Shown piece after piece: positions 13,134-24,720 of a DNA stretch of 64,000 nucleotides (the stretch's first letter is position 1; each line of letters begins with the position of its first letter). The notes beneath the pieces are model-generated. The model made no database searches, had not been told where the DNA came from, and saw only the letters and a program-made list of their open reading frames with translations. The translations under genes and the position numbers were made by a program. The DNA lies in the NCBI RefSeq assembly GCF_018977255.1, contig NW_024704743.1:56794001-56858000 (forward strand). Reading direction: 5' to 3'. Source of the DNA: Callorhinchus milii. Lineage: Eukaryota.

Positions 13134-13369
13134 TCAAAAATGCAGTTGACCTGCTCAATGGCTTCCACTAATAATTTGGTGCAATTATTTGTAAGAAGTA
13201 TGTGGAGGTGAGGGGGTGGGTCCAGTCATTGACTTTGAGAGGACGTCTCAAATGCTTCACACTGCTGGCTGGGCCCCCAAACTGGTTTTAACTCCTCAGT
13301 GGGAAAGGGGCTACCAATGACTAAAGATGAATCCACTCAACCATGATATGCTAAAAGCTAATTGATGAC

Positions 13370-13592
13370 TAATAATAATCCCTCCAAAACCCAAAACAAT
13401 AATAAAAATTGGTCATTTTCAATCTAGGACTGTTTGTGGGACATTGCTGTGCGCAATTGGCTGCCGCGTTCGCCCACAAATATACAGTCAATTCACTTTA
13501 CAGTGTGTTCTGTGAAGCGCTTTGGGACGTCCTCCCGATGTGAAAAGCACTATATCAAATGCAAGGATTATTATTATTATTATTATTATTAC
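13370..13592 (+). mobile_element. tRNA-Ala-like SINE family, 5'-truncated young copy with (TTA)n tail
   Basis: Highly similar to the 3' part of the full copy at 31244-31562. Confidence 0.9.
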
Positions 13593-14899
13593 TCTCATTG
13601 GCTTAAATTAAAGGAGTATCAAGTTTAAAGGTCACTAACTGGATGTTGCTGTACTAACAGTGAATGCAATTGCAAGATTCACTACAAAATTTGCTAAAAC
13701 AGAACAAGAGGGACAAAAACTTGATAATTGAGGCTAACAAAGGCAATTTTCTAGACAAAGTTTTGATTTTTGACCTTTTATTTGTGACCGTTTTGCACTT
13801 TTGGCAGCAGACAAATGGACCAAAATTAAAATACCAGCTCAGGTCGCAAACAGGAAACTGCTGAGCTTGTCCTTCACAGACCAAAGTCTGTGGCCACTTG
13901 TCCTGTGAGATTAGGAAGAGGCTATTTTAGTAACATTTACTAGCCTTAAAATAATAGAATTCAACTACCTTTCAGTGTTAGGACAGGTGAAGGCTTGTAC
14001 TCTCGAAATATATATATTTCACATGGTATGGCCAAAGGATGTAACAATGTGGTCTCAAGTATTCTGCCACATATACAACTTTCTGACTTTCAGTCAAGAA
14101 TGTATATCAGTTTGTGATATGCACTGACAACAGTTTTTCACCCCATTTTGAAGGGAAAGTTTGTAATAATCCTTAATTATAATCCTTACATTTAAAACCA
14201 CACCTTTTGTGTCAAAGCGCATCACAGGATTTAGAATAAAGTGCAATGACTGGGTATTTTGAAGACAAACACAACAGCCAATGTGCGCCTAGCAATGTCC
14301 ATATTTTCAAAATTAATTTTAATTGTTCAGAAATTATGTTTGCTGTCACTCATAGCTTGTTACAGACAGAATCTAAATACCCAACAGATAAAGAAGGCTT
14401 TAATCCCTTCAGTTCAAACTGGATGTAAATTCTTGTCTCAGAGATAAATGACCAGCAGCGTGCTAGCTCAAAGTGCACTAAGTCCATGACTTTTACAGTT
14501 AAAACTTTTGAACCTTTTGTACAAACTCTTCCAGGGCAAAATGAAATGGGCTCAAAAAGGGTTCTCCAAAGCTTTTGAGCAGACCATCATCAATTAAATG
14601 GTCTGCTAAGAGCAGACAAAGGACATAAATCTAACAATCAATAGGCAAGACTTCAACATGTTAAGTATCCCTGACATTGTAATTTTAGTGAGAGATTAAT
14701 CTTTGTCAAGATTTTCAGTACCTAAGTAATATTGGCTGGAGATGATCTCCTATTTGATCTTTCATTTTTGGAGGGAAAATGATAGCAAAATCAGCCAGCA
14801 GAATATGGGAAAAGATCCTCACTGATTTGTCTTCACTGCAAATCACAGTTAAATCAGAATCTTTCAATTTCCAATTAAGTTTGTTGTATAAAAAGGATT

Positions 14900-15148
14900 C
14901 TTATCAACTAAGAACATACAATAAACTCCAGAGTCCTTCTCTCTCCTCCCTACCTCCACTCCTGGCATACACAAGCACATGCTTTTAAAGCCTGCCTTAA
15001 GACATACCTGCCTAACTGCATTTTTGGTCATCTTACCCTCTCCCCCAATCCAGCTCCTTCCCTGGTTCAGTGCTCAGCCGGCCATGTAAAGCACTTTGAG
15101 ACATTCTTCTGATGTGAAAGGCGCTATACAATTTGTACTGTATTGTCT
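14900..15148 (+). mobile_element. L2 3' end, degraded
   Basis: TTTAAAGCCTGCCTTAAGACATACCT (FKxxLKTxLF) followed by the AGCACTTTGAGAC...GTGAAAGGCGCTATAC tail. Confidence 0.75.
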
Positions 15149-15769
15149 GAGCAGAGTTCTATGACATAAACGGGATTTGTTGGTTAGAAATCGTTTTGTG
15201 ACTCCTAGAGTTTACTCTCAATATTAACCTTTTCATTTCAATATAGACCAGTAACTTGGACCTGACCATTGCAAATTGTATTGCAATTAGCAACTCACAA
15301 TTTTAACCCATCGAGTGTACACTCACTAATGGTTGATAAGCATAAGATAGGCATCAGTAGAAATTGCAAGATTTTGCTTTCTGGAACCACTTTTAAATTG
15401 ATAACAATAATAAAACTGCCCCATCTAAAAAAAAGTGATCATATTGTTAAAATCTCTACAAGGTAACATTGCTAATCTTTATTATGACAAGCTATTATTA
15501 TCCAAATCCATTATAGTAAGCAAGAGTTTACTTGGGTCCTTTGGAAACTCCATAATAGTTCATGGAGATACCAGCCCTTGATAAGATGAGATCCTGCTAA
15601 GATTCATTATTTTGTTGGGCCCATAAATTTGTAATAATAATATTTGGTTGTATGAATCCATGAAGGGAACAGCCACAGTAAAGTATCTACTTTAGCGAAT
15701 TGAGCAGAATTTATAAAATAGAAATTAATTAGGAGTCAATCTGGGGATCCTGGGCAAAGAGTAATAAAA

Positions 15770-15910
15770 TAATAATAATAATAATAATAATCCTTGCACT
15801 TGATGTAGCACCTTAACACATCATTGAGACATCTCAAACCGCTTCACAGAATATATTTTAAAGAGGGTACTTTGTGGGCGAAATGCGGCAGCTAATTGCG
15901 CACAGCAATT
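15770..15910 (-). mobile_element. SINE 3' portion with (TTA)n tail
   Basis: (AAT)n followed by CCTTGCACTTGATGTAGCACC...GCGGCAGCTAATTGCGCACAGCAA. Confidence 0.85.
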
Positions 15911-16319
15911 AAGATTAAGGATGGAACTAGGATCATGGTAAGAAAAGCGAGAATTAAAAAAAATTAGACCAATACAGCAAAATAAGGGTAATTTCAGGAA
16001 AGATACAGGGATTTATTTCTTTACATAGCGGATAATTAATCACTGATGGGTATGCCGATTTTAACTATATTTATTGGCTTCTACTCTTTGATATCAATCT
16101 CATGAGTGTTGACATATTTCTAGCTTATTGACCCTTCAGCAGAAAAAAAGCCTTTTCCTGAATATGTTATTTCAAACTCATAGAAGATCTTGACAGAGAT
16201 AAATTTGTTTTCTTGTAATTTGCTTCCATCCTCTTCACTTGGCACCAGTCAAGAATATTAATTCTACCACACCCAATGCTATCAGTATTTAAAGTATCAC
16301 AAAATCACAATCTCTAAAT

Positions 16320-16690
16320 TGGTGTTTTATATAGTGCCCTTCACAAAGGGCAGCATCTCGGAGTGCTGAATAGTGGCAGAAATTGTCACCAAGCCAGGGA
16401 GAGTAGGGAGGTGACCACAGGTACATTTGAAGAGGAAGACTTTCAGGTGCAATCTGAAGACAGACAAGGTGGGGGTACAGGGATTGAGGCAAGGAGTTCT
16501 AGAGTTTCAGGGCATAGTGGCTGAAAACATGACTGCAGATAGTGGAGCAGCGGGGAAGAGCAATGTGCAAATTCTGGAGCTAGCTGAGCAATGGGAAATG
16601 GTAGAGGAGGTAGAGGAATGGAGTGTTGAGCAGGTCAGAGAGTAGGAAGGTACTAAGGCCTGAAGTGATTTGTTTGTGAGTTTGGATTTT
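16320..16690 (-). mobile_element. L2 3' end, degraded
   Basis: Tail at ~16320-16370. TTTCAGGGCATAGTGGCTGAAA is the reverse complement of the FSHYAxKL motif. Confidence 0.8.
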
Positions 16691-16697
16691 ATGAATT

Positions 16698-17027
16698 AAG
16701 CGGGGTCTCCTTGGAGCTGAACTAACTCCAAGGTGACATGCCTGGCAATGGAATATCAGAATCGAGCCAGCCCTCTGTGAGGGCCTCGATAGTCCCGTTC
16801 CTGAGCCAGGAAAGACCACAGTAATCCAGGGCAATGCTGATGACAGCCTGGCTCATCGGCAGCACCTGTAAGGGCAGACCAGTCACTTGGTGCAGAGAGT
16901 CTTACCACTCAGCTCTGGTTAACCCTGCAAGCTAAAGCCTTAATGGGTACGGTGGTCCTAGCTGGACAAGCAGTGGGAAAGCTTGCCGGACAGCAACATA
17001 AATTGGTAAGCCATGCGGTTTTAGCTG
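16698..17027 (+). mobile_element. Unclassified hairpin-rich interspersed repeat, copy 1 (between two L2 pieces)
   Basis: 16791-17027 is collinear with 47075-47302. It contains at least five stem-loops and lies between two same-strand L2 fragments. Confidence 0.7.
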
Positions 17028-17029
17028 AT

Positions 17030-17415
17030 TTGTAAGAGTAAGTGGACAGAACATTGGTGGACCTGGGGTCGCTAGACGACGGAAAGTAGATTTTAGTGTG
17101 AAAAGCATACACGTGGAAGTTGACCCTGCAGATAATTTCACCAAGGAGGCATATGTAAACAAAAAATGGGCCAAGGATAAAGCCTTGGGGTACACCACAG
17201 GTAACTGTGCAAGGGCAGGAGGAGAAACTATTTGCAGAGATGAAATGATGGCAGTGAGTATACCAGGAAAGTGAGGTGCCACTAAGGTGGATGAGGGAGG
17301 AAGGGAGCATGGCATGATCGACTGTATCAAAGGCAACAGAGAGGTCCAGGAGGATAAGGAGGCAGAGGGAGCACCAGCCATAGAGAACAAGGACGTAATT
17401 TGTGACTTGAACAAC
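17030..17415 (-). mobile_element. L2 reverse transcriptase fragment
   Basis: ORF 16909..17433 contains LLDLSVAFDTVDH and GVPQGFILGP, with a degenerate FHVYAFHTK at the YADD position. Confidence 0.9.
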
Positions 17416-18074
17416 TTTGAATGGACGTAGCATATTTAACCAATCCTCATAGTCCAGCTCTCAAATATTGGGAATCATCCGCAATTATTTGCATTCCCTT
17501 TAGGGCACTGGGCCCTTATGTGGCAATGACCAGAACTTCATGCGTACTCCTAGCACAGCGTAATCAGAGCACTATACAGCATGAGTTTGACTTCTGGGGA
17601 TTTGATTTGGCAATGTAGCTCAACATCCTGTTTGTCTTGGCTATGCTTACCTTCACACTGTTTCAACATGGTGAGTGATCAGTCAACTAACGCCCGTAGA
17701 TCCTCTTCCACTACCCCTTTGGCAAGTTCTATCTTTTCCAAGTATTTTGTGTCCCTTCTATTTTTACTTCCTATCTGTGGTATTTTACATTTATCTACAT
17801 TGATCTTTGTTTGATGGTGAACAGAAATGAGGTCAGCTGCATCACTACCTTATCTTTCATCTCTTGCTCATAAGTCTGCACAGATGCTTTTTTTTCTACT
17901 GAGCTTTTATATCAAGAAGCTTCTGTAAGAGAGAGATTGAGGGGGTTTAGTGTGAACGGATGGTTGGGTTAAGCTGATTATTGGACTTGGATTCTGCCCT
18001 TACTTTCTTGCCTCCTTGTCTTTTGTATAATTTAGTACTGATATAGAATACTGAACCATTTTTTGAGACCTAGT

Positions 18075-18330
18075 TTGCAATGAGAATAGAACTTTGTTCC
18101 GGAGCAGATGAGATTGAGAGGGAAATAATTGAGCTATTTAGGATACTGCGGCAACATGACAGGATAGACCGGGAAAGACTATTTCCTTTAGTTGGGGCAT
18201 AGTCCAGGATTGTTAGCAGAAAAATTAGAGAGGAGGTTAGGAGGTGTTTCTCCATTCAAAGGATTGTTAATTCAAATGGTTACTGAAGATGGATCAATAG
18301 AATCATTCAGAATGAACTGAATAACCAACC
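18075..18330 (+). mobile_element. CR1 ORF2 C-terminal fragment, degraded
   Basis: GAGCAGATGAGATTGAGAGGGAAATAATTGAG...GACAGGATAGACCGGGAAAGACTATTTCC resembles the EQRRLRGDL..DRV..ExLFP region at 40660-40745. Confidence 0.7.
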
Positions 18331-19546
18331 GAACAGTAAAAAAATAATAACTCATATGGGGATTGAATTTGGGGAGAGAATTGAATGGGGGAGGCAGGGG
18401 GTTGTTCACTTGAGCTCAGTGACTGATTGTTATTAATAATATTAATAATAATAAATACAAAACAAAAAAGCTTGGTTATAATAAACTGTAGATGGACAGA
18501 TTTGACGGAGTAGGCTACTATATATATATTTATATATTAAAAATAATAATAATAATCCTTGCATTTGATATAGTGCCTTAACACATTGTCCGATCATCTC
18601 AAAACATTTCCCAGGAATTTAGAATAATAAGTCTCAGTGGCACAGAATCAATGGGTTGAATGATCCTCTTCTGTGCAGAAAATCCCCATGTTTCTGTTGC
18701 TATATTTAGTAACCTATTCACAGGGAGTTCTTGGTTTGGTGAATATCCAAAAACCTGTGTTGTGAACAGAGTAGGAATCTATGACACATGGAAGAAACGT
18801 GTGCGTAACACCTTTACACAAAAAGTCACTAATACTTGGAATAATTTCTGTAAAGTTATCTGAGATGTTTAGATATGCTGTAAAAAATACAAGCTTTTCC
18901 TTCTTCAAAATATTTGTTTTCAGTTAAGGTAATCTGCCATACTTACATAAAATAATATACAAACGAAGATAGACAATAAATAGTGATATACTGTTTTAAT
19001 GTTTATCTACAATCTATCTACATAATTAGATGTTGATGGCTTCTGAGGGAACTGCATAGTAATATCCTGGAGTTGTAATGAAAGAGGCCAAATGGTTTCA
19101 TACCAGCATGCAGAGCGGATTGAGTCAACTGGCCATCTGCTCCACCAAATACAAAGTAGTATGGAATAAACTCACGTCATTATATCCAGGCTGCACAGCG
19201 GTAGGGACATTTTGCATTACTTCATGAAGCAGCTTAATAGTCTGCTCTATTATTGTTTAGGTGTGAAGTGGGACTGTTGCAGGCTGAGCACTTGCCAATT
19301 GTGGCTAACATTAACCCCCAGGCTTCTAGCTAGCATTGGACAATGCAGAGGTGGCTCGGTGGAGGGTCCTTAATCCATCCCTTTGAAAACATTAAAGAAA
19401 ACCTAACAACGAGCAACAGTCTTCTTAGTTGTGTATTTGCAAAGCCCCTCTCACTTGATGATTTTGAGGATCAGTGCTGCTTCCTGCTTTACATCACATC
19501 CAGCAATGTAAATAGCAGCTGTTGAAAATTATGTATTTTCCTTTTT

Positions 19547-19900
19547 TAATAATAATAATAATCCTTGCATTTGATATAGCACTTTTTACATCTTCTAGAT
19601 GTCTCAAAGTGCTTCACAGAATATACTGTGAAGTGAATTAACTGTATATTTGTGGGCGAATCATAGCAGCCAATTGTGCACACCAGTGTCCCACAAACAG
19701 TCGTGGATTGAGTGACCAATTTTTTTGAGGGATTATTATCCCCGGAAAAGTGATCCAACAATCAACTAACAACCTATTTATTCCTAGGTAAACAGAGACA
19801 TGTGGAGTAGGGAAACTTACCCACATTTCACGCTGACGGGAATAGAATCCAGGTCTCTTGCTTGCGAGACAAGTGCTCTAACCACTAAGCTAAGGGACCC
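19547..19900 (-). mobile_element. tRNA-derived SINE, full length
   Basis: Head GGGTCCCTTAGCTTAGTGGTTAGAGCAC..., body shared with 31244-31562 and 37895-38268, and a (TTA)n tail. Confidence 0.9.
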
Positions 19901-20234
19901 GACGAAGTTGCAGATGTTAATTTAAAAAATATTTGGTGAATCATTTATACCCATCCATCCAATCACATACAGACACAGAATCAATGTATATGAATTGTGA
20001 ACCTTTTGAAATAGAAAGAGCTTTTCATATTTTTTTTTCATGCATCTTTGTTGTCCTTGAACAAATCTATAAACCACGATAGCAATAAGATAACAATTTT
20101 TGTATTTGGCCTGTTGCCTGATCAAGATATCAATATGTCTCAAAACGCTTCACAGAATTCATTGTAAAGTAAATCTGACTGTGTATATTTTAGCAGAAAT
20201 AGAAATATAACTATTTTAAGAATACAGGTGAAAA

Positions 20235-20588
20235 ATATAGCCTGTGCTGACACTCCAATGCAGTGCTGGGATTGTACTGTATTGTTGGAGGTGCCGTCCT
20301 TTGGATGAGACATTAAACTGAGGCCTGTAGACCTATTCAAGAGGACATTAAAGATCCCATTGCACTATTTGAAAAGAGAACAGAGTTTCTCCCAGTATCC
20401 TCGCCAATAAGTCTTCAAATAAAATTGACCAACCACTTCATCACTGTGTGTAGGACATTGCTGTGCGCAAATTGGCTGCCGCATTTGACCACAAAGCACA
20501 CAGTCAATACACTTTACAGTATATCCTGAGAAGAACATTGGGATGTACTCGCGATGCTATACCAAAAGTAAGAATTATTATTATTATC
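20235..20588 (+). mobile_element. Deu-domain SINE, 5'-truncated
   Basis: GGAGGTGCCGTCCTTTGGATGAGACATTAAACTGAGG...AAAGATCCCATTGCACTATTT core and a (TTA)n tail. Confidence 0.9.
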
Positions 20589-20974
20589 ATCAAGACCTCT
20601 CAAAATGCTTCTCACGATTTACTGTAAAGAATGTATATTTTGTATGAGAACAATAAAATAGAAATACAATTATTTTAAGATTGCAGGTGAAAAGCCATTA
20701 ATTGTTTATACTTTACTTGTCAGGATGGTAGTTCAGCAACAAATTAAATGTTGTCATTATTCTTTGGTTAAATATGTAACATTTCATGAATTCTCAGAAT
20801 ACGGCTGGGGATTACAAAATTAGTGTTTTGTGTTTTTGAGACACAAAGTCTCAATTTCCCCTAAAGTCTCAGGGAGTAAATGCAACACCTCGGGTTATAA
20901 TACAAGAACAACTTCTTGCAATTATGTAGAACCTTTCATGCAGGATAATATTTTGGAGTGCTTAGTATAATGCT

Positions 20975-21410
20975 AATTATAATAATCGCTACATTTGATA
21001 TAGCAGCTTTCACATGTCTCAAAGGGCTTATCCCATCATTGAGACTTCTCAAAGCGCTTCACAGGATATACTGTAACAGGTGTGACTGTATTCATTTTGT
21101 GGGCTAAATTGGCAACCAATTTATGCACCAGCAATATCCCACAAGTAGCCATGGAGTGAATGACCAATTTTAATTGGAGGATTTTTGACAAGGACACCGA
21201 GAGAAATTTCCTTCTCTTTTTGAATAGTGTCATGAGGTCTTTAATGTCCACCTGAACAGTCAGACAGGACCAAGGGGTGACACCTCCAACAATGTAGCAA
21301 ACCCCAAGTAGATTTACTTGCAAGTCCCGTGCTCAATTCCTGGTCCAGCGCCTTCAGACGTCCTCCCAAAGTGAAAGTGGCTATACAAATGTAATTTTGT
21401 ATTGTATTAA
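20975..21410. mobile_element. Deu-domain SINE (-, ~20975-21330) and L2 tail (+, ~21340-21410)
   Basis: Reverse-complement Deu core (TCTTTAATGTCCACCTGAACAG), then CAGCGCCTTCAGACGTCCTCCC...GCTATACAAATGTAAT. Confidence 0.8.
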
Positions 21411-22189
21411 TGCTGTGTTAATTGAATAGTGGGGGTGTTACATTTGGTATCAGCATGCCTGTATAAAGGAGGAAAAAAAAGACTAAAATTCTCATTCTTA
21501 ATGTCTCTTCAGTAGAAGTATGTCTGGCGAGTGCAGGAATGGATTCAGATTTGATGGTTTCATCAAATCTGAACCAATGTTTCCATGCTCAAATAGCCTA
21601 GAAACACTGTTTAAGATTGTGAATGAGGAATGGTTGTCATGCATGCTGCCGTATCTCAGCATGAGTTGCCACTCTTTAGGGTACAAGTGTGAGTGCAATG
21701 GGTAGACAAAATAAGAAAAAATATAAATTGAAAGAAAGCTTTCAAAATGTATGCTTTAGAGGCTAATAGGCAACCACAAGTATTCCATTTCTTTACAACC
21801 TCCTTCTTGTATTATGCCTTGGGACTGCATTGAGCCAGGTTAAAGGTAATTGACTGTGCTGGTGTTTCGTCGATGTGTGAAAGCTGCTTGCAGCAGACAG
21901 ACCATCTCAGCAAAATAATTTAAGCTCCTCAGTAGCGAGTCCCTTTGGCATTTATTTCTAACTGAAAACAAAGGGTCGCATAATTAACATTCCGCTCCCA
22001 GGCCATGGCCGTAGCAGGTATATAGAAAGCTGGGAGAAAGTTACTTCTTCCTATAAGCAAGTAAAAAACACTAAATCTTTGCACCACAACTAGTAGTTTG
22101 TTTGAAATCATCTCCTTTCAATTGCAGCATTACCTACCCCAAGACAGATCTGAGCTTGCTGCAAGAGTTAGAATAATGTGTGTGTCAGC

Positions 22190-22520
22190 TTTTGTGCTCA
22201 GTTTGGCAATTAATCAGAATGTTGTGGGTTCAGCCCCATGTTGGGGACCATGAACTCAAAGTTTAGGCAGACACTCCAATACAATGCTGGATGTAATACT
22301 TTGTTGGAGGTGCCATCCTTTGGATGAGGTGTTAAACCAAGGTCTTGCTGGCCTATTCATTACCATGGAATAATTGAGAAGAGAATTGAGTTCCCTCCTG
22401 ATGTCCTGGCCAATGATCCCCCAAATAAAATTGGTCATTTAGTTCATGGCTGTTTATGGGACATTGCCGTGTGGACATTGGTTGCCACATTTGTCTGCAA
22501 AAGACACAGACACTGCACAT
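22190..22520 (+). mobile_element. Deu-domain SINE lacking its 3' tail
   Basis: GCTCAGTTTGG head and GGATGAGGTGTTAAACC core. It ends abruptly at CACTGCACAT, where it joins the L2. Confidence 0.85.
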
Positions 22521-24640
22521 TATTGAAGGTTGAGGTGGGAGGACAAGCGGTGGAGGAGGATAGCGTGGTCGACCGTATCGAATGCTGCTGATAGGTCGAG
22601 GAGGACGCGGAGGCAGAGGGAGCCTTGGTCGCAGATGGTCAAGATGTCATTGGTGACCTTGACCAGGGCAGTTTCTGTGCTATGGGCAGCACGGAAACCC
22701 GACTGAAGGGGTTCGAATAATGAATGGGTGGAGAGGAAAGAGCGCAGCTGGGAGGCGACAACACTTTCAAGGACCTTGGACAGGAAGGGGAGGTTGGAGA
22801 TGGGCCGGTAGCTTGATAGCTGCGACGCATCAAGGGAGGGTTTTTTCAAAGTGGGAGTGATGATGGCAGTTTTTAGGGGAATGGGAACAGAGCCAGAGGA
22901 GAGGGACAGGTTGATGATGTCTGTGATATGTGGGGCAAGGAGGTGGAGCTGAGAGATAAGGAGTGGAGTGGGGATGGGGTCAAGGGAGCAGGTGGTGGGT
23001 TTCAGGGATAGGATGAGTTTGGTGACAGAGGGTGGGGAAACGGGTACAAAGGTGTGTAGGGGAGGATGGGTAGGAGTCGGAGTGTGGGAGGGAAGGGGTG
23101 GGGGGTGGGTGGAAGTTGGAGGGGAAGTGACCGCGGAGCGGATTCCCTTGATTTTGGATTCAAGGAAATCCAGCATCTCCTCGCAGTGAAGGTTGGAGGA
23201 GATGACCTGCGCGGGGTGGCGGGGGGACGGAGGAGTCGGGATGTGGTAGAAAACAGAAGCCTGGGGTTGTTCTTCGCCTCCAGGATTATCCTGGAGTAGA
23301 AGGACGACTTGGCCGAGGCTAGAGTGGAGCGGTAGATTTTGAGGAGGTCCAGCCAGATTTGTCGGTGGACCGTTCGGCCAGATTTGAGGGAGGTACATTC
23401 AGCGGCCCGCACCTGGCTCTTCAGTGAGCGGAGGTGGGTGGTGAACCAGGGGGAGGAGAGAGAGTAGGAGACTGTACGGGAGGTGATGGGGGCAAGAGTG
23501 TCTAGTGTGGAGGAGAGGGTGTTGTGGAGGAGGGTGAGAGGAGAAGAGGGGTCAGTGAGGGTTGAAGGCCAGAGGGAGAGGAGTTCAGAGGACTCCAAGG
23601 CAGCGGTTAGGGATTGTGGGGGTAACTTCTTCCAGGGGCGGTAGAAGATGGTGGTGGGTCTGGTGGAGGTGGGGAGGGGGGTGGAGGTGGTGAAGGAGAT
23701 GAAGTGGTGATCGGAGATGGCCTTGTCGGTAATGGTTGATATCCGAGACACTGAGGCCCCGGGTGATCACCAAATCGAGTGAGTGGCCGTGACTGTGAGT
23801 GGCGGAGTTGATGTGGAGGGAGAGGTTGAGCGTGGAGAGCAGGGAAGAGAAGTCCGAGGAGATGGAGCAGGAGGGTGTGAAGTGCAGGTTGAAGTCGCCC
23901 AGGATGATGAGGCAATCAGAGCAGAGGCAGAGAGATGTAAGTAGTGTAGAGATATCGGAGACGAAGGTGGGAGAGGTTTTAGGGGGCCGGTAGAGGAGGA
24001 GGATTTTGAGTGAGAAGAAGGAGGGGTGGGAGAGGGTGAGGTGCTCAAAAGAGGGGAACGAGCCAGAGGAGTAGGGGGATAGGGCAAGTGGTGTCCTTGA
24101 GATAAGGGCTACACCACCGCCACGGCGGTTGGGGCGAGTGATGTGGTGGGAGGTGTAGCCGGGCGGTGTGGCCTCCGTGAGGGGGAAGGTGTCGCCTGGA
24201 GTGAGCCAGGTTTCCGTTAAGGCCATGGTGTGTGGGGAGGGAGGGGAGTCCAGGTTGTGAGGCAGGGGTGGGGGGGATGAGGGAGGAGAGGTTGGCTCCC
24301 CGGGTCTGTGTCCGGGGTGGCTGGCGAGTGTGGTGGGGAATGGGGCAGTCAGTGTGGCTGCTGCTGGACAGCCAACACCGAGTGCCACGATGAGCCCGGC
24401 GGAGGATTCCCAGGCTGGAACAGAGGGAGGTTGTGGGAGGGTCAAGTGGGAATAGAAGGCGAGAGGGATGGAGAGAGAGGAGGACAGAGCAGGAGAGATG
24501 CAGAGAGGGGAGGGTTTGGGGGTAGAGAGGAGAGAGGCGGGAGGGAGGAGGTGAGGGGCTCGGGTCAGAGCGGCAGCCATAGTGCGCACGAGGGGACCGG
24601 GAGCGAGCGGTCAGGTGGATGGCATTAGCCCATAAGCTGG
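22521..24640 (-). mobile_element. L2-clade LINE, young; disrupted ORF with APE endonuclease and N-terminal RT; 3'-truncated
   Basis: Three overlapping ORFs (23585..24589, 23002..23751, 22520..23398) give ALTETWL, GGGVAL, LYRPPK, ILGDFN, THSHGHSLDL and SDHHFISF (APE endonuclease), then DPIPT, YRPISNLPFLSKVLE, QSGFRAAHSTETAL and LLDLSAAFDTVDH (RT). Two frameshifts are inferred. Confidence 0.97.
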
Positions 24641-24720
24641 GGCTGCGACAGCCAACCCAACAGGACATGGTGGTCCCTGATGCGAGCCCTGGGGGGTGGG
24701 GGGCCCAGAGTTTTTTTTTT

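Noticed and set aside
16836..16861. Hammerhead ribozyme at CTGATGA (also near 9157, 43417 and 47105)
   Set aside because: There is no correctly placed stem II plus GAAA. In the structured repeat, CTGATGA is itself base-paired in a stem.
21520..21705. Cys-containing ORF resembling an EGF-like fragment
   Set aside because: Cysteine spacing does not fit EGF; the resemblance is probably chance.
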